A program made the position numbers and the translations under genes. Source: the human T2T-CHM13v2.0 reference genome, Homo sapiens. From it: DNA of 64,000 nucleotides. Location of the stretch: NCBI RefSeq assembly GCF_009914755.1, contig NC_060935.1. One strand, given 5' to 3'. The notes under the pieces were generated by a model. The model saw nothing but the letters and a program-made list of their open reading frames with translations. It did no database searches and was not told the DNA's origin. Below, in pieces: positions 1 to 14,811 of this stretch (within the stretch, counting starts at the first letter, position 1; each line of letters opens with the position of its first letter).

Positions 1-153
1 CCTTGCTCTTTAGCTTCCCCATTTTCTTGTCCTTTTCTGTGCTAGAGGTGTATTGAAACTGATGCATTGCAAAACTGGTATTACATTAAATACACTGAAC
101 CTCAGATGCTTATGGAACACTTACACTATTTATACAGAAAAATAAGCAAAAGT

Positions 154-472
154 GTCCAGGCACGGGGGCTCATGCCTGTAATCTCAGCGCTTTGGGAGGC
201 CGAGGCGGGTGGATCATGTGAGGTCAGGAGTCTGAGACCAACCTGGCCAACATGGTGAAACCCAGTCTCTACTAAAAATACAAAAATTAGCAGGCTGTGA
301 TGGCAGGTGCCTGTAATCTCAGCTACTCGGGAGGCTGAGGCAGGGGAATGGCTTGAACCCAGGAGATGAAGGTTGCAGGGAGCCAAGTTTGTGCCACTGC
401 ACTCCAGCCTGGGCAACACGGTGAGACTCCATCTCAAAAAAAAAAAAAAAAAAAAAAAAACCAAAAAAAAAG
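154..472 (+). mobile_element. AluS
   Basis: dimeric Alu, long A tail, TSD aataagcaaaag. Confidence 0.93.
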
Positions 473-734
473 AATAAGCAAAAGCTCCTACCCTATAACA
501 CTGATGCATTCTGTTTGCATTTTATTCCATGATTTACACAATAATTATATATTGTATCCTTATGATATGTCAGATACTGTGTTGGCACTTTACATATATC
601 TCACTTAATCCTTAATACCATCTGGAAATAATAAACATTTTATGGATGGTGAAACAGAGACACAGAGAAATCGAATAGCCTGCTCAGGGTTTCCAGAATA
701 GCAAAATTAAAGGCCTAGGGTTTAGTTTTCCACT

Positions 735-1030
735 AAAGATTCTCATGGCTGGCTTCTTCACGTCATTCAGGTCTCTGCTCAAATGTGATCTTAGAGAAGC
801 TACATTAATCCATCTGAAATAGACACCTCACTGTGCATCCAATTGTCCTGCCTTATTTTTCTTTGTAACATTATTATATTATTTATATTTGTATTGTCTG
901 TATCTCCTCCTAGACTATGATCTCTGTTAGGACAAGCTCTTGGTTGTGTTTGCTGCTTATTACCACACTACCCAGACCAGAGCCTGGCACATAATAAGGA
1001 GCTCAACAAATTTTTGTTAAGAATAATTGA
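735..1030 (+). mobile_element. L2 3' end
   Basis: gcctggcacataataaggagctcaacaaat-type terminus. Confidence 0.7.
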
Positions 1031-1173
1031 CTCTTAGACCCAAACTCTTAGCCACTATGCTATATTTTGTCCCTCGATAGGATTAAGAAGGTTTACATTT
1101 TGAATATCCTGATACCAAAGAGCATGCTGCACAAAGCCTGTGCATGGAATGTGCCAAATAGTATGTAAACTGC

Positions 1174-1540
<367 letters not shown>

Positions 1541-1559
1541 CTATACTCTTAAAATTCGA

Positions 1560-4215
1560 GTTTAATTTACACACAGTAAAATAAATAAATCTTAAGTATG
1601 TATGTATTTTTACAAATGCATACACTTTTGTAACCACCAATCATATCAAGATACAGAACACTTTTTAGCCTCCAAGGAAGCTCTCTTGTAGTAACTCCCA
1701 GTCAATACTCTACTTTCCAGAGATAAATATTCTGACTTCTATCAAATAGGTTAGTTTCTGGGTCTTGAGCTTCACATAAATGCAGTCATACAGTTTGTAC
1801 TCTTATGTCTCTCTTCTTTTGCTCACCATAATATTTTGGAGATTTATCTATGTTCTGTATATCAGTGGTAGTTTATTTTTTTATTGTTGTGTTATATTCC
1901 ATTGTATGAATAAATAACAATTTGTTTATACATTCACCTGCTAGTGGATGTTTAGGCTGTTGCCAAGTTTTGGTTATTAAGTATAAAGCTGCTTTAAATA
2001 TTGTTGTAAAAGTTTTTACAGACATATGTACTTCATATGTTATTTTAGGGGGTATATAATTAGGAACAGAATTGCTGCATCATAAGGTAGATGTTTGTTT
2101 ATCTTTCTTTTCTGAAGAGTGCCTGTTCAAGTGTTTTGCCCATTTAAAAAGCTTTCTTATTGATCCGTAGAGTTATTTATGTATATAATCCTTTAACAGA
2201 TATAAGTATTGCAAATATATTCTCCTACTTTGTAATTGCCTATTCAATTTCCTGCTAATGTATTTTGATAATAGAGGTTCTCAATTTTAATGAAGTCAAA
2301 TTTATCAATTTTGTCTCTTAAGGTTAGAGCTTTTTCTGTCATGTTTAAGAAATCATTGTCTACCCCAAAGTTATGAAGTTATTCTGTTTTCTTCTAAAGC
2401 TTTCTGTTTCAGATTTCACATTAGAGAATATGATCCACCTTGAATTAAGTTTTGGATTTGTTGTGAGTTAGAGTTTATTTTCTTTCCCATATGGATATAC
2501 AGTTGTTGAAGTACCATTTAATAAAAACACTATCATTTCCCCATTGAATTGTAGTAACACCTTTGTTATAAACTAAATGATGTATATGTAGAGGGTATTT
2601 CTGGACTCTGTTTTGTTACATTGGCCTATTTGCCTCTCCTTGCACCAATACCACCTTGTCTTAATTACTGCCGCTTTATAGTTAGTCTCGAAATCTGATA
2701 GTAAAGTTTTCAACTTTATTCTTCTGAAAGATTATTCTTGGCTATTTTAGGTTCTTTGCATTTCCATATAATTTAAGATTTATCCTGTTGATGTCGACCA
2801 AATATTTTATGTGGGTTTTTATAGGTTGGGTTTGCATTGAATCTACTTATCAAATTGGGGGAAATTGACATCTTATCAATTTTGAGTCTTTTGATTCATG
2901 CACATGATATAGCTCTTCATTTATTTAGGTCACTTTTAATTTCTCTCAGGAATATTTTGTAGTTTTCACTATTAGCCTTGTGGAACTCTTCTTAAATTTG
3001 TTCCTAAATATTTGATTTTTTAATGTTACTATAAATTACATTTTAGAATATTTCATTTTCTGATCATTTCTTGATAGTATATAGAAATATACTTGGTTTT
3101 CATGTGCTGACTTCGTATCCAGAGAGCTTGCTAAATTAATTCTAATAGTTTGTATAGTTTCAGATTTTCTGTCTTCACAATCATGTAATACATAAATGAA
3201 GACAGTTTTACTTTTTGTTTTTGATCTTTATACCTTCTATTTCTCTTTCTTGTCTTGTAGAACTCTCTTGGGCCTACAGCATAATGATGAATAACAGCTG
3301 TGGTAGTAAAGATCCCCATCTTATTCTTGACTCTGGGGAGAAAATGTTAACCATTGATAATGACACAGCTACGGGGTTTTATTACTAGATAACCCTTTGA
3401 GATTAAGGATGTTTTATTCAATTTCTCCTTTGTTGAGGATTTTTTTCTAAAATCATCAATGCATGTTCAGTTTTATCAAATATATTTTCTTCACCTATTA
3501 AGATGATTTTATTCTGCCCCTTCTTCCCATATTATTCTGTTAATGTGGTGAATTATAATGACAGAATTTTTAAATGTTAAATCAACCTTTTATTCCTGGA
3601 GTACATCCTTCTTTGTTATGGTATGTTATTATTTTTTTATATTCCTGGATCCCATTTATTGATTTTTGTTTTGTTTTGTTTTGTTTTGAGACAGGGTCTT
3701 GCTCTGTCACCCAGGCTGGAGTGCAGTGGTGTGATCATAGCTCACTGTAACCTCATACTCCTGGGCTCAACTGATCCTCCCACATCAGCCTCCTGAGTAG
3801 CTGGGCCTACAGATGCATGCCACCAATGTAAACACATTTTTTAGAGACAGGATCTCACTATGTTGCCCAGGCTGGTCTCAAACTCATGGGCTCAAGTAAT
3901 CCTCTCACTTTTGACTTCCCAAAGTGCTGGGATTACAAGCATAAGCCACTACACCCTGCCAATTTATCGATATTTTGTTACGATTTTTATATCTATGTTC
4001 AAGAGAGATTCTAGACTATAAATTTCCTTACTTGTACTGTCATATTTTGGTATCAATGTTTTGCCAGTCTTAAAAAGTGAGTTCAGACATGTCTCTTCTT
4101 TTTTAATTGTCTGGAATAGTTTGTGTAAATCCAGTATTATTTGTTCTTGAATTATTTGTAAGAATTTAGCATTAAAGCCATATAAACCTGGCATTTCTTT
4201 GCAGGAAAGTTATTT
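1560..4215 (-). mobile_element. Old L1M relic (3' UTR and degraded ORF2), interrupted by an AluJ
   Basis: minus-strand ORFs 3964..4194 (PGLYGFNAKFLQ, similar to ORF2 PGPDGFTAEFYQ) and 3131..3319; L1M-type 3' end. Confidence 0.85.
3663..3960 (-). mobile_element. AluJ with (TTTTG)n tail
   Basis: antisense Alu, J-type sequence. Confidence 0.9.
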
Positions 4216-4278
4216 TTTTTAAACAAACATATGGAAGTAATTTGCTTTGTTTATGTCAGCACAAACTTAGTCATTTTC

Positions 4279-5450
<1,172 letters not shown>

Positions 5451-5479
5451 CTATTTAATAAATAAGGTTAATAAAAGTC

Positions 5480-5830
5480 AATAAATTGACTTTTATGTAC
5501 CTATGTGTCATTTCCATTGTATTTATCCTATTTGGGACTTGCTAAGCTTCTTGAAGATTTTGTTAATACTTTTCATCAATTTGGAAAATTATCAGCCATT
5601 TTTCTCAAATGATTACTTCTTATTCTGTCTTCTCTTCCTGGAACTTCATATATTTCACATTTCTTACTGTGTGAGGTTCTTTTTACCTTCTTCCTTTTTG
5701 AGGTTCAATTTGGATAATTTCATTAAGTTCATTCTTCTTGACATATGTTGTTTTCTGTCTACTGTTAAAATCCTCAAGTAAGTTCTTTACTTTTTAGTCA
5801 ACTTATGAATTAACTAAATTTTATTTAAGT
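5480..5830 (-). mobile_element. Old L1M ORF1-region relic
   Basis: tttcatcaatttggaaaattatcagccatt-type antisense ORF1 sequence. Confidence 0.55.
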
Positions 5831-5899
5831 TTGCATTTATTAAGCTTTTAAGTTTGCTTTCCTAGAATTCTGGGTTTCTTCTTAAAAAAAAAAATCCTC

Positions 5900-7055
5900 A
5901 TCAGGATACATACAATAAGCTGCACCCATTTAGAGTGCACACTTTGATGAATTTTGACAGCTGTAGACTCCTGTGAAATCACTACCACATTCAAGATACA
6001 GAATATATCCATTACACCCCAAAATATTTCCCATGCCCCCTTTGCAGTTCATTTCTCCTTCTGATCCTGGCCCCAGCCAATCACTGATTTGCTGGACTCA
6101 CTATAAATTAGTTTGCATTTTCTACAATTTATATAAATGAAACCACACAGTATGTATTCTTTGTGTCTTGTTTTTATCAGCCAGCATGATGATTCTGAGG
6201 TTCATCCATGTTATTACCTATGTCAGTAGTTCATTCCTTTTTATTACTAAGTAGTGTTACTTTGTATAGATATACTACGACTTGTTTATCCATTTTCCAT
6301 TTGATGGACACATGGGCTGTTTTACATTTTTGGCTACTGTGAATAAGGCTGCTATGAATATTTGCATTTAACACTTTGTGTGAACACATATTTTTTATTT
6401 CTATAGGTTGAATGCTTAGAACTAGGATGGCTGGTCATATGGTAGGTGTATGTTTAACTTTATAAGAAACTGCCAGTTTTTTGAACTACTTTACATTCAC
6501 ACCTTGAGAGTATAAGCTCCAATTGTTCCACATCTTCACTAACATTTGGTATTATCAGTCTTTTTAATTGTAGCCATCCTAATGTAGTGTTGTCTCATTG
6601 TAGTTTTAATATGTGTTTTCCTAATGACTAACCATGTTGCAAACCTTTCCATCTCCTTACTGACCATTTATACATCTGCTTTTGTAAAATGTATGTTCAA
6701 ATATTTTGTCCATTAAAGAAATTGAATTATCTTCTTATTATTGAGCTTTGGGAGATTTTAAAAATACATTTTATATACCAGTTGTCAGGTATTGGTAGTG
6801 TGAATATTTTCTACTATTCTGTGACTTTTCATTTCTTAATGATGCCTTTAAAGAGCAAAAGTTTTGAATTTTGATAAAGTCCAACTTATCAAGTTTTTAA
6901 CTTTTATGATTAATGCTTTTTATCTTAAATATTTGCTTAACCTCAAGATCACAAGATTTTTCTTTTATGTTTTATTCTAGAACTTTTATGTCTTTTACTT
7001 TTAGATTTAGGTCTATGAACTATTTTAAGTTAATTTTTGTATATTGTGTGAAGTG
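5900..7055 (-). mobile_element. Old L1M (MC/MD/ME) 3' region
   Basis: characteristic antisense L1M 3' UTR and ORF2 end. Confidence 0.8.
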
Positions 7056-8185
7056 AATTGGCTGACCAACTTACCATACATTGCCTAAAGTCACTTATTT
7101 TACAATTTTTCAAAATTTGTTTATCAGTAGTCTCCATTTTAAAAAATAGTCAAGGTATTCTTTTGTTTATAGAATATACATTTGGTTTTGCCTATGTAAA
7201 GTGGTATAATCTTATGGTAAAATGGGGCAAGAATCTGCAGGTTTAGAATTTTTGGAAGCCAAAGAGCTTTTTTTCCTATTTTTACTTTTATCATTATTTC
7301 TTTAAGTTTACTGGGATATACTCTGTTAACATTTACAGTCATTATTACTATTTTAACAACAAACAGGCTCAGAAATATTAAGATTTTATTCAGTTATAAA
7401 CACAAGCCTATTTATGTTAATACTAGACTTGAGCTCAGATTTCCAAATGCCAAATTCCTCACTTTAGCTTAAGTGAAATAGAAAAAAGGTGCAAAATGCT
7501 TATAAGAGGTGTAGGTCAGATGAGTACAGCTTAAATATTAACTTTCTCTTCTAATCATAAATAGATAATGTTATATACACGGGTATTATTATCATATTTA
7601 TTATTTATTGAGACAACATCTATTAAACATAAGAAAGCCCTATTGTATGACTTTTATTCTGCAAAGAGTCCAGGTAGAATAACAATAGTGTGTTAACTCC
7701 TACTTGAAATGGTCTATTTTCAAATAGTCTGAATTGATGAGTTTTCTATATTTTTTCTTTGGGAGATCATTCCACAGCTTAATGTCAAGGTAATCTCATT
7801 TATCACCTTAGCTAATTTACTTTTTTTCATTTGTATTGTAAGAAAATGAATGCATCTTTGCAGTTTCATCTGTCAAAAGCTTCTAAATGGCTGTCACTCA
7901 ACCACATTAATCATTCTGTAGCCAGCCTTCCTGTGGTTATCCTTTTAGTTATTTGGTAGCTTTCCCCTATCTCTCTGAGAAATTTCTCTGATTAGTTGTT
8001 ATCTGACATATGGATTACTTATAACATGTAATGAAATTCAAACTTCTTTTTAATGTAATACAGAAGAATATAGTGGTGATTAGGTCATTCTCTTATTCAA
8101 GGCCTTCAGGAACTATCCACACCTTCCAAATACAATTCAAGCTTCTTTGTTTAGCATTCAGGCCAATCATCCCAGTTAGAAGCAG

Positions 8186-8590
8186 ACATAGTTTGAATAT
8201 CTGTCCCTGCCAAATCTCACATTGAATTGTAATCCCCGTGTTGAAGGTGGGGCCTGGCAGAGAGCGTTTGGATCATGGGGGTGGATCCGTCATAGCTTGG
8301 TGCCATCCTCACGGTAGTGAATGAGTTCTTGCGAAATCTGGTTGTTTAAGTGTGTGGCACCTTCCCCCACCCACTCTCTCTCTTGCTCCTGCTTTCGCCA
8401 TGTGATAAGCCTACTCTTGCTTTGCCTTCCACTATGAGTAAAAGCTCCCTGAGGCGTCCCCAGAAGCTGGGCAGATGCCAGCACCATGCTTGTACAGCCT
8501 GCAGAAACATGAGCCAATTAAACCTCTTTTTAAAATAAATTACCCAGTCTCAGGTATTTCTTTATAGCCATGCAAGAATGGCCTAACAGA
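8186..8590 (+). mobile_element. MaLR solo LTR (MSTA/MSTB-like)
   Basis: ccaaatctcacattgaattgtaatcccc ... aaattacccagtctcaggtatttctttatagc. Confidence 0.85.
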
Positions 8591-8658
8591 GATATAATCT
8601 TCCTCCCCTTGAATTCCCATTACACTGTCTTCATGCCTCAAACATGACATTTAACATA

Positions 8659-9087
8659 TGCTACGGTTTGATGTCCCCTCCAAACCTCATGCTGAAATTT
8701 GATCCTGGCCCAATATTGGAGATGAGGCTTAATGGGAGGTGTTTTGGTCATGGGGGCGAAACCCATGAATAGAGATATATGACCTCCCTTGGTAGGGAGT
8801 GAGTGCTCACTCTATTAATTCCTCAGAGCTGGCTGTTAAAAAGAGCCTGGCATCTCCCTTACCCGTCTTTTGTTTCCTCTGTCACCAAGTGATCTCTGCA
8901 CAGCTGGCTCCCCTTTGCCTTGGCCTTTTGCCATGAATGGAAGCAGCCTGAGGCTTCCACCAGATGCAGATACCCAATCTTGAACCTTCCAGCCATTCTT
9001 AACTGTGAACCAAATAAATATGTTTTCTTTATAAATTACTCAGTCTCTCCGGTAGTCCTTTACAACAACACAAAACAGACTAAGATA
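8659..9087 (+). mobile_element. MaLR solo LTR (MSTC/D-like)
   Basis: tgctacggtttgatgtcccctccaaa ... acaaaacagactaagata. Confidence 0.8.
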
Positions 9088-9201
9088 AATCTTTACAATA
9101 CAGTTGCAGTGCACAAATACATAATTTATGTGAATTCAAGTCTAAGTAAAACTTAAAGAGAATACTTTAAATTGAAATACTTTAGTTTTATCTACCAGTT
9201 C

Positions 9202-10590
9202 TGTATCATTCAGGTTCAATCAGAGAAGCAGAACCTGTAAGAGTGATAGAAAATATAAAATTTATTATGAGCACTAGCCCTTACATAGTTGTAAGAGCTG
9301 GTTAAGTCATCTCTGTCTGGTGTTGGCCTCTGTGTCTGGTGTAGGGCCTAAAGACAGCAAGGCTAATAGGAAGAAAAGATGGTCATGAAATGGGGAAGAA
9401 TAAGGAAAGATTGGAACTGGTGAGAACAATCTGGAACCTACAAGTGAAACCGCCTTTGCAAAAATTATGACACTGAGAAAAATCTGACATAGGAAAATTA
9501 TGGCAGTAAAAGAAATCTGTCCTAACGAACTCCATCTTGCTTCTAACCTCCAAGCTGCCCTTGTTCGTTCCCGGGCATAGGCTGAACTAACTTTGGGAGG
9601 AATTTATAGTTTAACTTTGAAACAAAGATGATAACAGCCCCTCCCTGAAACAAACTCCCTTCTTGCATGGGGACAAGATTGTTCTTTGTAAAACCAACAA
9701 ATTAGCCACAAGCTCAGACAACATGGCCTAGGAGTCATGCAGCCAGAGGCCACAAGATTGCTAACTTCCCCAGCTGCCTCTATAGATAACATTACTATTG
9801 TAAAACCTAAGATTGGTGTTTGAGCCGATTTTTCTGACCCAGCATTCTGATGGATTAGCTGGCACATTCCAGACAGAAAAACTGGCTCATCTGGTCTTGT
9901 GGCCTCCACCAGGAACTGACTCAGCACAAAACGACAGCTTCAACTTCCTATGATTTCATCACTTGACCCAACCAATCGGCATTCCCCATTCCCTAGCTCC
10001 TTTTCCACCAAACTAAAAAACCCTAGCCTCTGAATTTTCAAGGAGGCTGATCTGAGTAATAATAAGACTCCAGTCTTCCATTTAGCCAGCTCTGCCTGTA
10101 TTAAACTCTTTCTCTATTGCAATTCCCCCATCTTGATAAATCAGCTTCATTTGGGCAGTAGGCAAGAAGAACCCATTGGGCGGTTACACACAGGCAAACT
10201 AGATCCTGTGAGGACAAATTGCAACCTGCATCTGTATTTCCTTGCGTCCAACCTCAGTGATGTGAGGGACTTATAGGATTAGGTAGTACCTTTGGCAACA
10301 CTGCTGCACATGTACCTGGTCTAAGATTGAGAGAAGCAGAATGAGGAGATCTGGCAGGAGCTGCAAAGCTGCAGGCCAGGCTGCTGGCCCATGCCTACAC
10401 GGTGAGCCAGCAGGTCAGTGCCTGGCCCTACGATGACCTTTAGGGCTTCAGATCACATGGCTGCTGCTTTACTTCTGCCTTCCAAATCTCACACACATTC
10501 TCTTTTGACTAACCCTAACCTAGAATCATATAGGAAAGGGAATTCTGGAAAATGTAGTTCTATTTTGGCTAAGTTCACACTCTATGAAGC
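9202..10590 (-). mobile_element. Old ERVL-type LTR, split by a nested LTR8
   Basis: ggttcaatcagagaagcagaacc start and gggaattctggaaaatgtagttc end motifs. Confidence 0.55.
9445..10188 (+). mobile_element. ERV1 solo LTR, LTR8 family
   Basis: TGAAACCGCCTTTGCAAAA start and GGGCGGTTACA end; TG...CA termini. Confidence 0.85.
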
Positions 10591-12299
10591 TACCGCAAGT
10601 CTGTTTCTGCATAAATCCTTGAGTAAGCAAGGGACAGAAGATATACATCTGCTATATTTTCAATCTGTCTCAGTTCATGAGTGTGTATCATAGTGTAAGC
10701 ATGGCACAGTGTTGAGTACATACAATTCTATTTGGTTGAATTTTTAGAATAAGACTGCTTTCCTAAACTCTAGCCAACTGTTTCATTACATCTCTCCTGA
10801 AGAAAGTGATCTGCTCCAGTGTGAGGAGAGAAAGACTGCATTGGGTCTATAAACTGAGAGATGGCATATGTGGGTCTCTGATATGGTCCCTTCCTAAGAA
10901 GGGATTCCTGGAGTAGTTTTCCCACATCCAATTTTCAATTTACACTTTAACTTTGAAACCCAATCCTGATTTTAGAACCTCCTGCAATAAATATTTGTTA
11001 AAATGGTGAAAAATGAATTGTGAACTTCTTATCTGTAGGGGTTTTCTGGTTAAGTGTCTGTATTCCTTTTAGCAACTAGCAAAGTGCTTGGCACAAATTA
11101 GGTACTCAATAGATGTGGTTAAATTATTTATTGCAAATTTCTATTCTGGTGTTGTATAATGAGTATTATGTTTTCTTTTTCAATAGTTTTTTTTTCCAAG
11201 TTGCCTTTAATATAAGCCACTTAATATTGTGTGTGCCTTGGGGCTTGGGTAAAAATGACTGCCCATTCAATGTGGGTTTTGCAAGGCAAGTTGGAGCTTG
11301 CAGAAAAGTAAATGTACATTGAAATACTTGGGAACATTTTGGCCCTGTTTGTTTCCTTCAGTGTTTGCATAAATCCCTACACTCTACCTGTACCTCTCTC
11401 TCTTCCTCTCTTTGGTAAATTATCTTAAATATTATAAAGTAATTCATGCTCTTGTTAAACAGTAAATAAAGGAGAAAAGTGAATATAAAAGTTCTTGGAA
11501 TGCCTCCTCCACCATACAAAATTTTGCCTGATCCAAAATTCCACTGTTAATATTTTTGTGTATGTATCTTTCCTCAAATATCCCATATGTTTACAAAAAT
11601 ATATATGAATACGTATGCATACTTATATACTTATATTTGAAGGAAACAGGATTACATTATATAAAAATACTATGCTGCTACTGGTTTTCACTTACTATAT
11701 TTTGAAACTTTTTCAACATCAGCACGTAAATGTGCAGTTTCCTTTTAAGTAAACTCTTGAAATGTATTCCAATGTATGTATTCACAATTTAACCAGTTCC
11801 CTATGATGGTCATCTTAGGCTAATTCTAAGAATTAACATGATAAACAATGTTGCATATACATATATCTTTGTATGTATCATGCTAATACATCCAATTTTA
11901 TATCCAAATATATCCAAATTTGTAGCAGTGGAAGTACATAGTTTGCCTGAGTTTTAATAGCAACTGAAAAGTATGTATTTTCAGGATATATAATATTTAT
12001 AGCTCATTAAAAGTTTCTAGTCAACACAGGGTTACATGTATCTACACAGCCTCTTTTGTCAAGAGACCTTTGACAAAAGGAAAGTAAAACCTTGGAAGAA
12101 AAGTCTTTGTCCTTATTCTTTTTACAGCTTCCTTTAGCCATCTACAATTCACTAATAATTAGCATCCACCACCATCTTCTGGAACTGAAGACAGCTTTTC
12201 TAGAGATTAAAAGTACCACTATATTTAATTCAAAATCTAATGTATTGTAAAACAATTATTTTTATAATTCCATTATCTTAATGTGGAACAATAATGCTG

Positions 12300-12800
12300 A
12301 TATTGCCACTAAAAATTAGCTGGCATTATCTATTAAAATTGATCATATGCATTTCTCATGACCCATGAATCTACTCCTAGTTATATACACATCAGAAATG
12401 AGTACATGTATCTGTCAAAAGTGTTCTGTGAGACTGTTTGCAGCAGCCTTATTCCCAGTAGCCTCAAAGGGAAACAACGCAAATGCCCTTCAACAGTGGA
12501 ATGCATAAATTGTGCCATACTCATAAAAAGGAATAATATGCAACAGTGTAAATGAAGAAATTATTACCATAGAAACTATGGATGAACCTCATAAACATAA
12601 TGTGAATTTGAATAGAGCCAGACAGAAAAGGATACATACTATATGATTCCAAAGATTCAACAGGCAAAATGAATCTGCAGTATGTGTTGGCTAATGACTG
12701 GAGGGGTAATGAAGTGCTGATCTGTGCAATGTGCTAGCATTCTATTTTTTGACCTGGATGGGTTTTGCATAGGTATGTTCAGCTTGTGATAATTACCAGC
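12300..12800 (+). mobile_element. Old L1ME-type 3' fragment
   Basis: aaacaacgcaaatgcccttcaacagtggaatgcataaattgtg motif. Confidence 0.7.
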
Positions 12801-13164
12801 AGAGGGGAGAGCATGCACGCAATTCTTCAGGATGAGATTGGTGACATGTAGAGAAAAGGGGGAAATGACTGTAGTTTAAAAAAAGTCAATTCCCTCCTCC
12901 CCACTTCTCCAGCTCTCCATTTCCTAGGAAGAGAGCCCAGGGAAAAGCAAACCAAGAAACAAATTCCAGCTCAAACTCAAACTCTCAAACAGATCTGGAG
13001 ACTCAAATATCGATCTCTCTGGGCAAAAGGCATTCCTAGATTTGTCCAAGGTACAAAAACTACCACTCTAACCACGTTTCTTCGCTGCCCGGGGTCAGAG
13101 AAGTAAAAACCCATTATTTATTTATTTTTAAGTTACTTCCAACCTCGCTGCCTCGAGCTTCTGA

Positions 13165-13236
13165 ATCGCCTGGGCAACCAGGAAGCCGCCCATCTAAGGG
13201 GGTGAGGTCGAATCCCAGCCTTGACGCCTTAGCAAC
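13165..13236. promoter_or_regulatory. Two X-box-like motifs ATCGCCTGGGCAAC (13165-13178) and GACGCCTTAGCAAC (13223-13236)
   Basis: GTNRCC-n2-RGYAAC-like with a perfect RGCAAC half-site and correct spacing. Confidence 0.55.
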
Positions 13237-13657
13237 CGAGCGAGCCTTTCTCGCGTCCCAGCAACGCGCCCTTCCCTCTGCCGGGCCTATTCTCCCTGGT
13301 GCCCCTCCCTTCCTCGAGGCTGCAGCTCACCCCTCATTGGGTCTCTCGTTGGTCAGGAGGGCGCGGGTCTGCACACTCTCACTCGGTGCCGGACATCAGT
13401 TCCTGCGGCTCTTGCTGTGGGAGCTGCCCGAGAGCCAGAGCAGTGGGGAGGGACGGCGAGAACCAATGTTTAAGTTTATTTAAGAAAGAAGAAAAAGAGT
13501 CAAGAAGTTCAAGATTTTCGTCACTCTTATTTTTAAGGCACATCCAAAGCTCCGTGGAGAAGGGGCTGGAGGGTGGGAAAATTATTTTTGTGCACATTCC
13601 ATATAAGAAAGAAGAGACCCATCGAACATTCAGTACGGAGTCACCTGGAAATTGGAG

Positions 13658-13736
13658 ATGTTGGATACGATCGCCCGTGCCCTGCAGGACCTGGGCAGGC
13701 AGGTGCTGCCCACTCTGCCCTCGCTGAGCCAGGAGG
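13658..13736 (+). CDS. CCDC81: CCDC81 coding exon 1 (MLDTIARALQDLGRQVLPTLPSLSQE)
   Basis: gagATGttg start; donor G|gtaagc; 79 nt, phase 1. Confidence 0.95.
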
Positions 13737-13853
13737 GTAAGCGTGTTGGGTAGCAGGGGGTGGCCCTGGGGATTGAATCTTCATCTGCTTGCAGGGGAGG
13801 CGGGGGGACCCACTTCCCAATTCCCTGGCTCAGGCCTGGCCTGCAGTGGCTAA

Positions 13854-13867
13854 GTTGCCTTGACAAC
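13854..13867. promoter_or_regulatory. RFX X-box GTTGCCTTGACAAC (intron 1)
   Basis: 12/14 match to the X-box palindrome GTTGCCATGGCAAC. Confidence 0.65.
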
Positions 13868-14811
13868 CAGCTGGTAATCACATCCTGCCCACGTTGGACG
13901 CCCAGAGACCCTTTTCTGGTTTTGATTAAACCAGGGGATGCGTAGACAGCACAAAGTAAGTGCTCAATAAACGGACTAGCACAAAGTAAGTGCTCAATAA
14001 AGGTTAGGTAAAAACAGCCACTCCCACACCACCCGCTGGGATGGATCACAACCCTTTTGCCTACCTAGAGAAAAGAGATGCAGGGACCCTAAATGGCTCC
14101 TTTTGAGAGTTCATGCAAAGACGGTTGATTTTGTTGCCTTTGACATCATGCCGTTGTATTAAGAAAATGAGATGATCATAAAAAGCTACAGGGTAAGTAC
14201 TTTGGAAGGGGACCTGGCACCTTCTCAGAGAAAACTCATTAGGCTTGGTTAGTAGCAAGACAAGATCTGTTTTTAGCATCGTTTGTAGAAGAGTCACCCC
14301 AAAGTGAGGCTGAGATCTGTCTGCAAACCACAGGAGAAGAGAGGTGCTGCAGGAATGCAAACTCATTATTATCAAACCATTGTAACTTAGAGATGTTGCT
14401 TAGGCTTTAACCAAATGACCGCAGAAAACAAATAGGAATGGCTGCTTCTTTCTCTTCCCCTGCATCACTCCTATCTTTTCCTCTCAAATCATCCTGAAAG
14501 ATGCATTGAAGATAATGGCTTAATGAATTTAAAAACATTTGCTATATTTGTAAATTTATGTATAGTCATTCAAGGAATTCTGAAACCCTGCTATATGCTG
14601 AGCACTAGTTAACTTACGGTGAACAAACATCTTGGAATTTACTGTTTAGTGGGGAAGATGCACATTAATCAAATAATCACACAAATCAATGCAAATTTAC
14701 AATTTAGGTAAATGATACCAGGGAGGAGGTAAATGGTACAGTAAGAACTTTTTTTAAAGATGATTTTTTAGGGTAGTTGTAGATTCACAGTAAATTAAGA
14801 AGGAGGGACAA

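Larger units (their letters stand above)
13070..13900 (+). promoter_or_regulatory. CCDC81: CpG-rich promoter / 5' UTR / first-intron region of CCDC81
   Basis: only non-repeat CpG-dense, GC-rich stretch in an AT-rich window; surrounds coding exon 1. Confidence 0.8.

Noticed and set aside
12053-12079. 10-bp stem cttttgtcaa/ttgacaaaag
   Set aside because: Length is within chance expectation for 64 kb of AT-rich DNA
13202-14375. Several overlapping 60-140 aa ORFs at the promoter
   Set aside because: Expected in GC-rich sequence; many use non-ATG starts; no domain similarity
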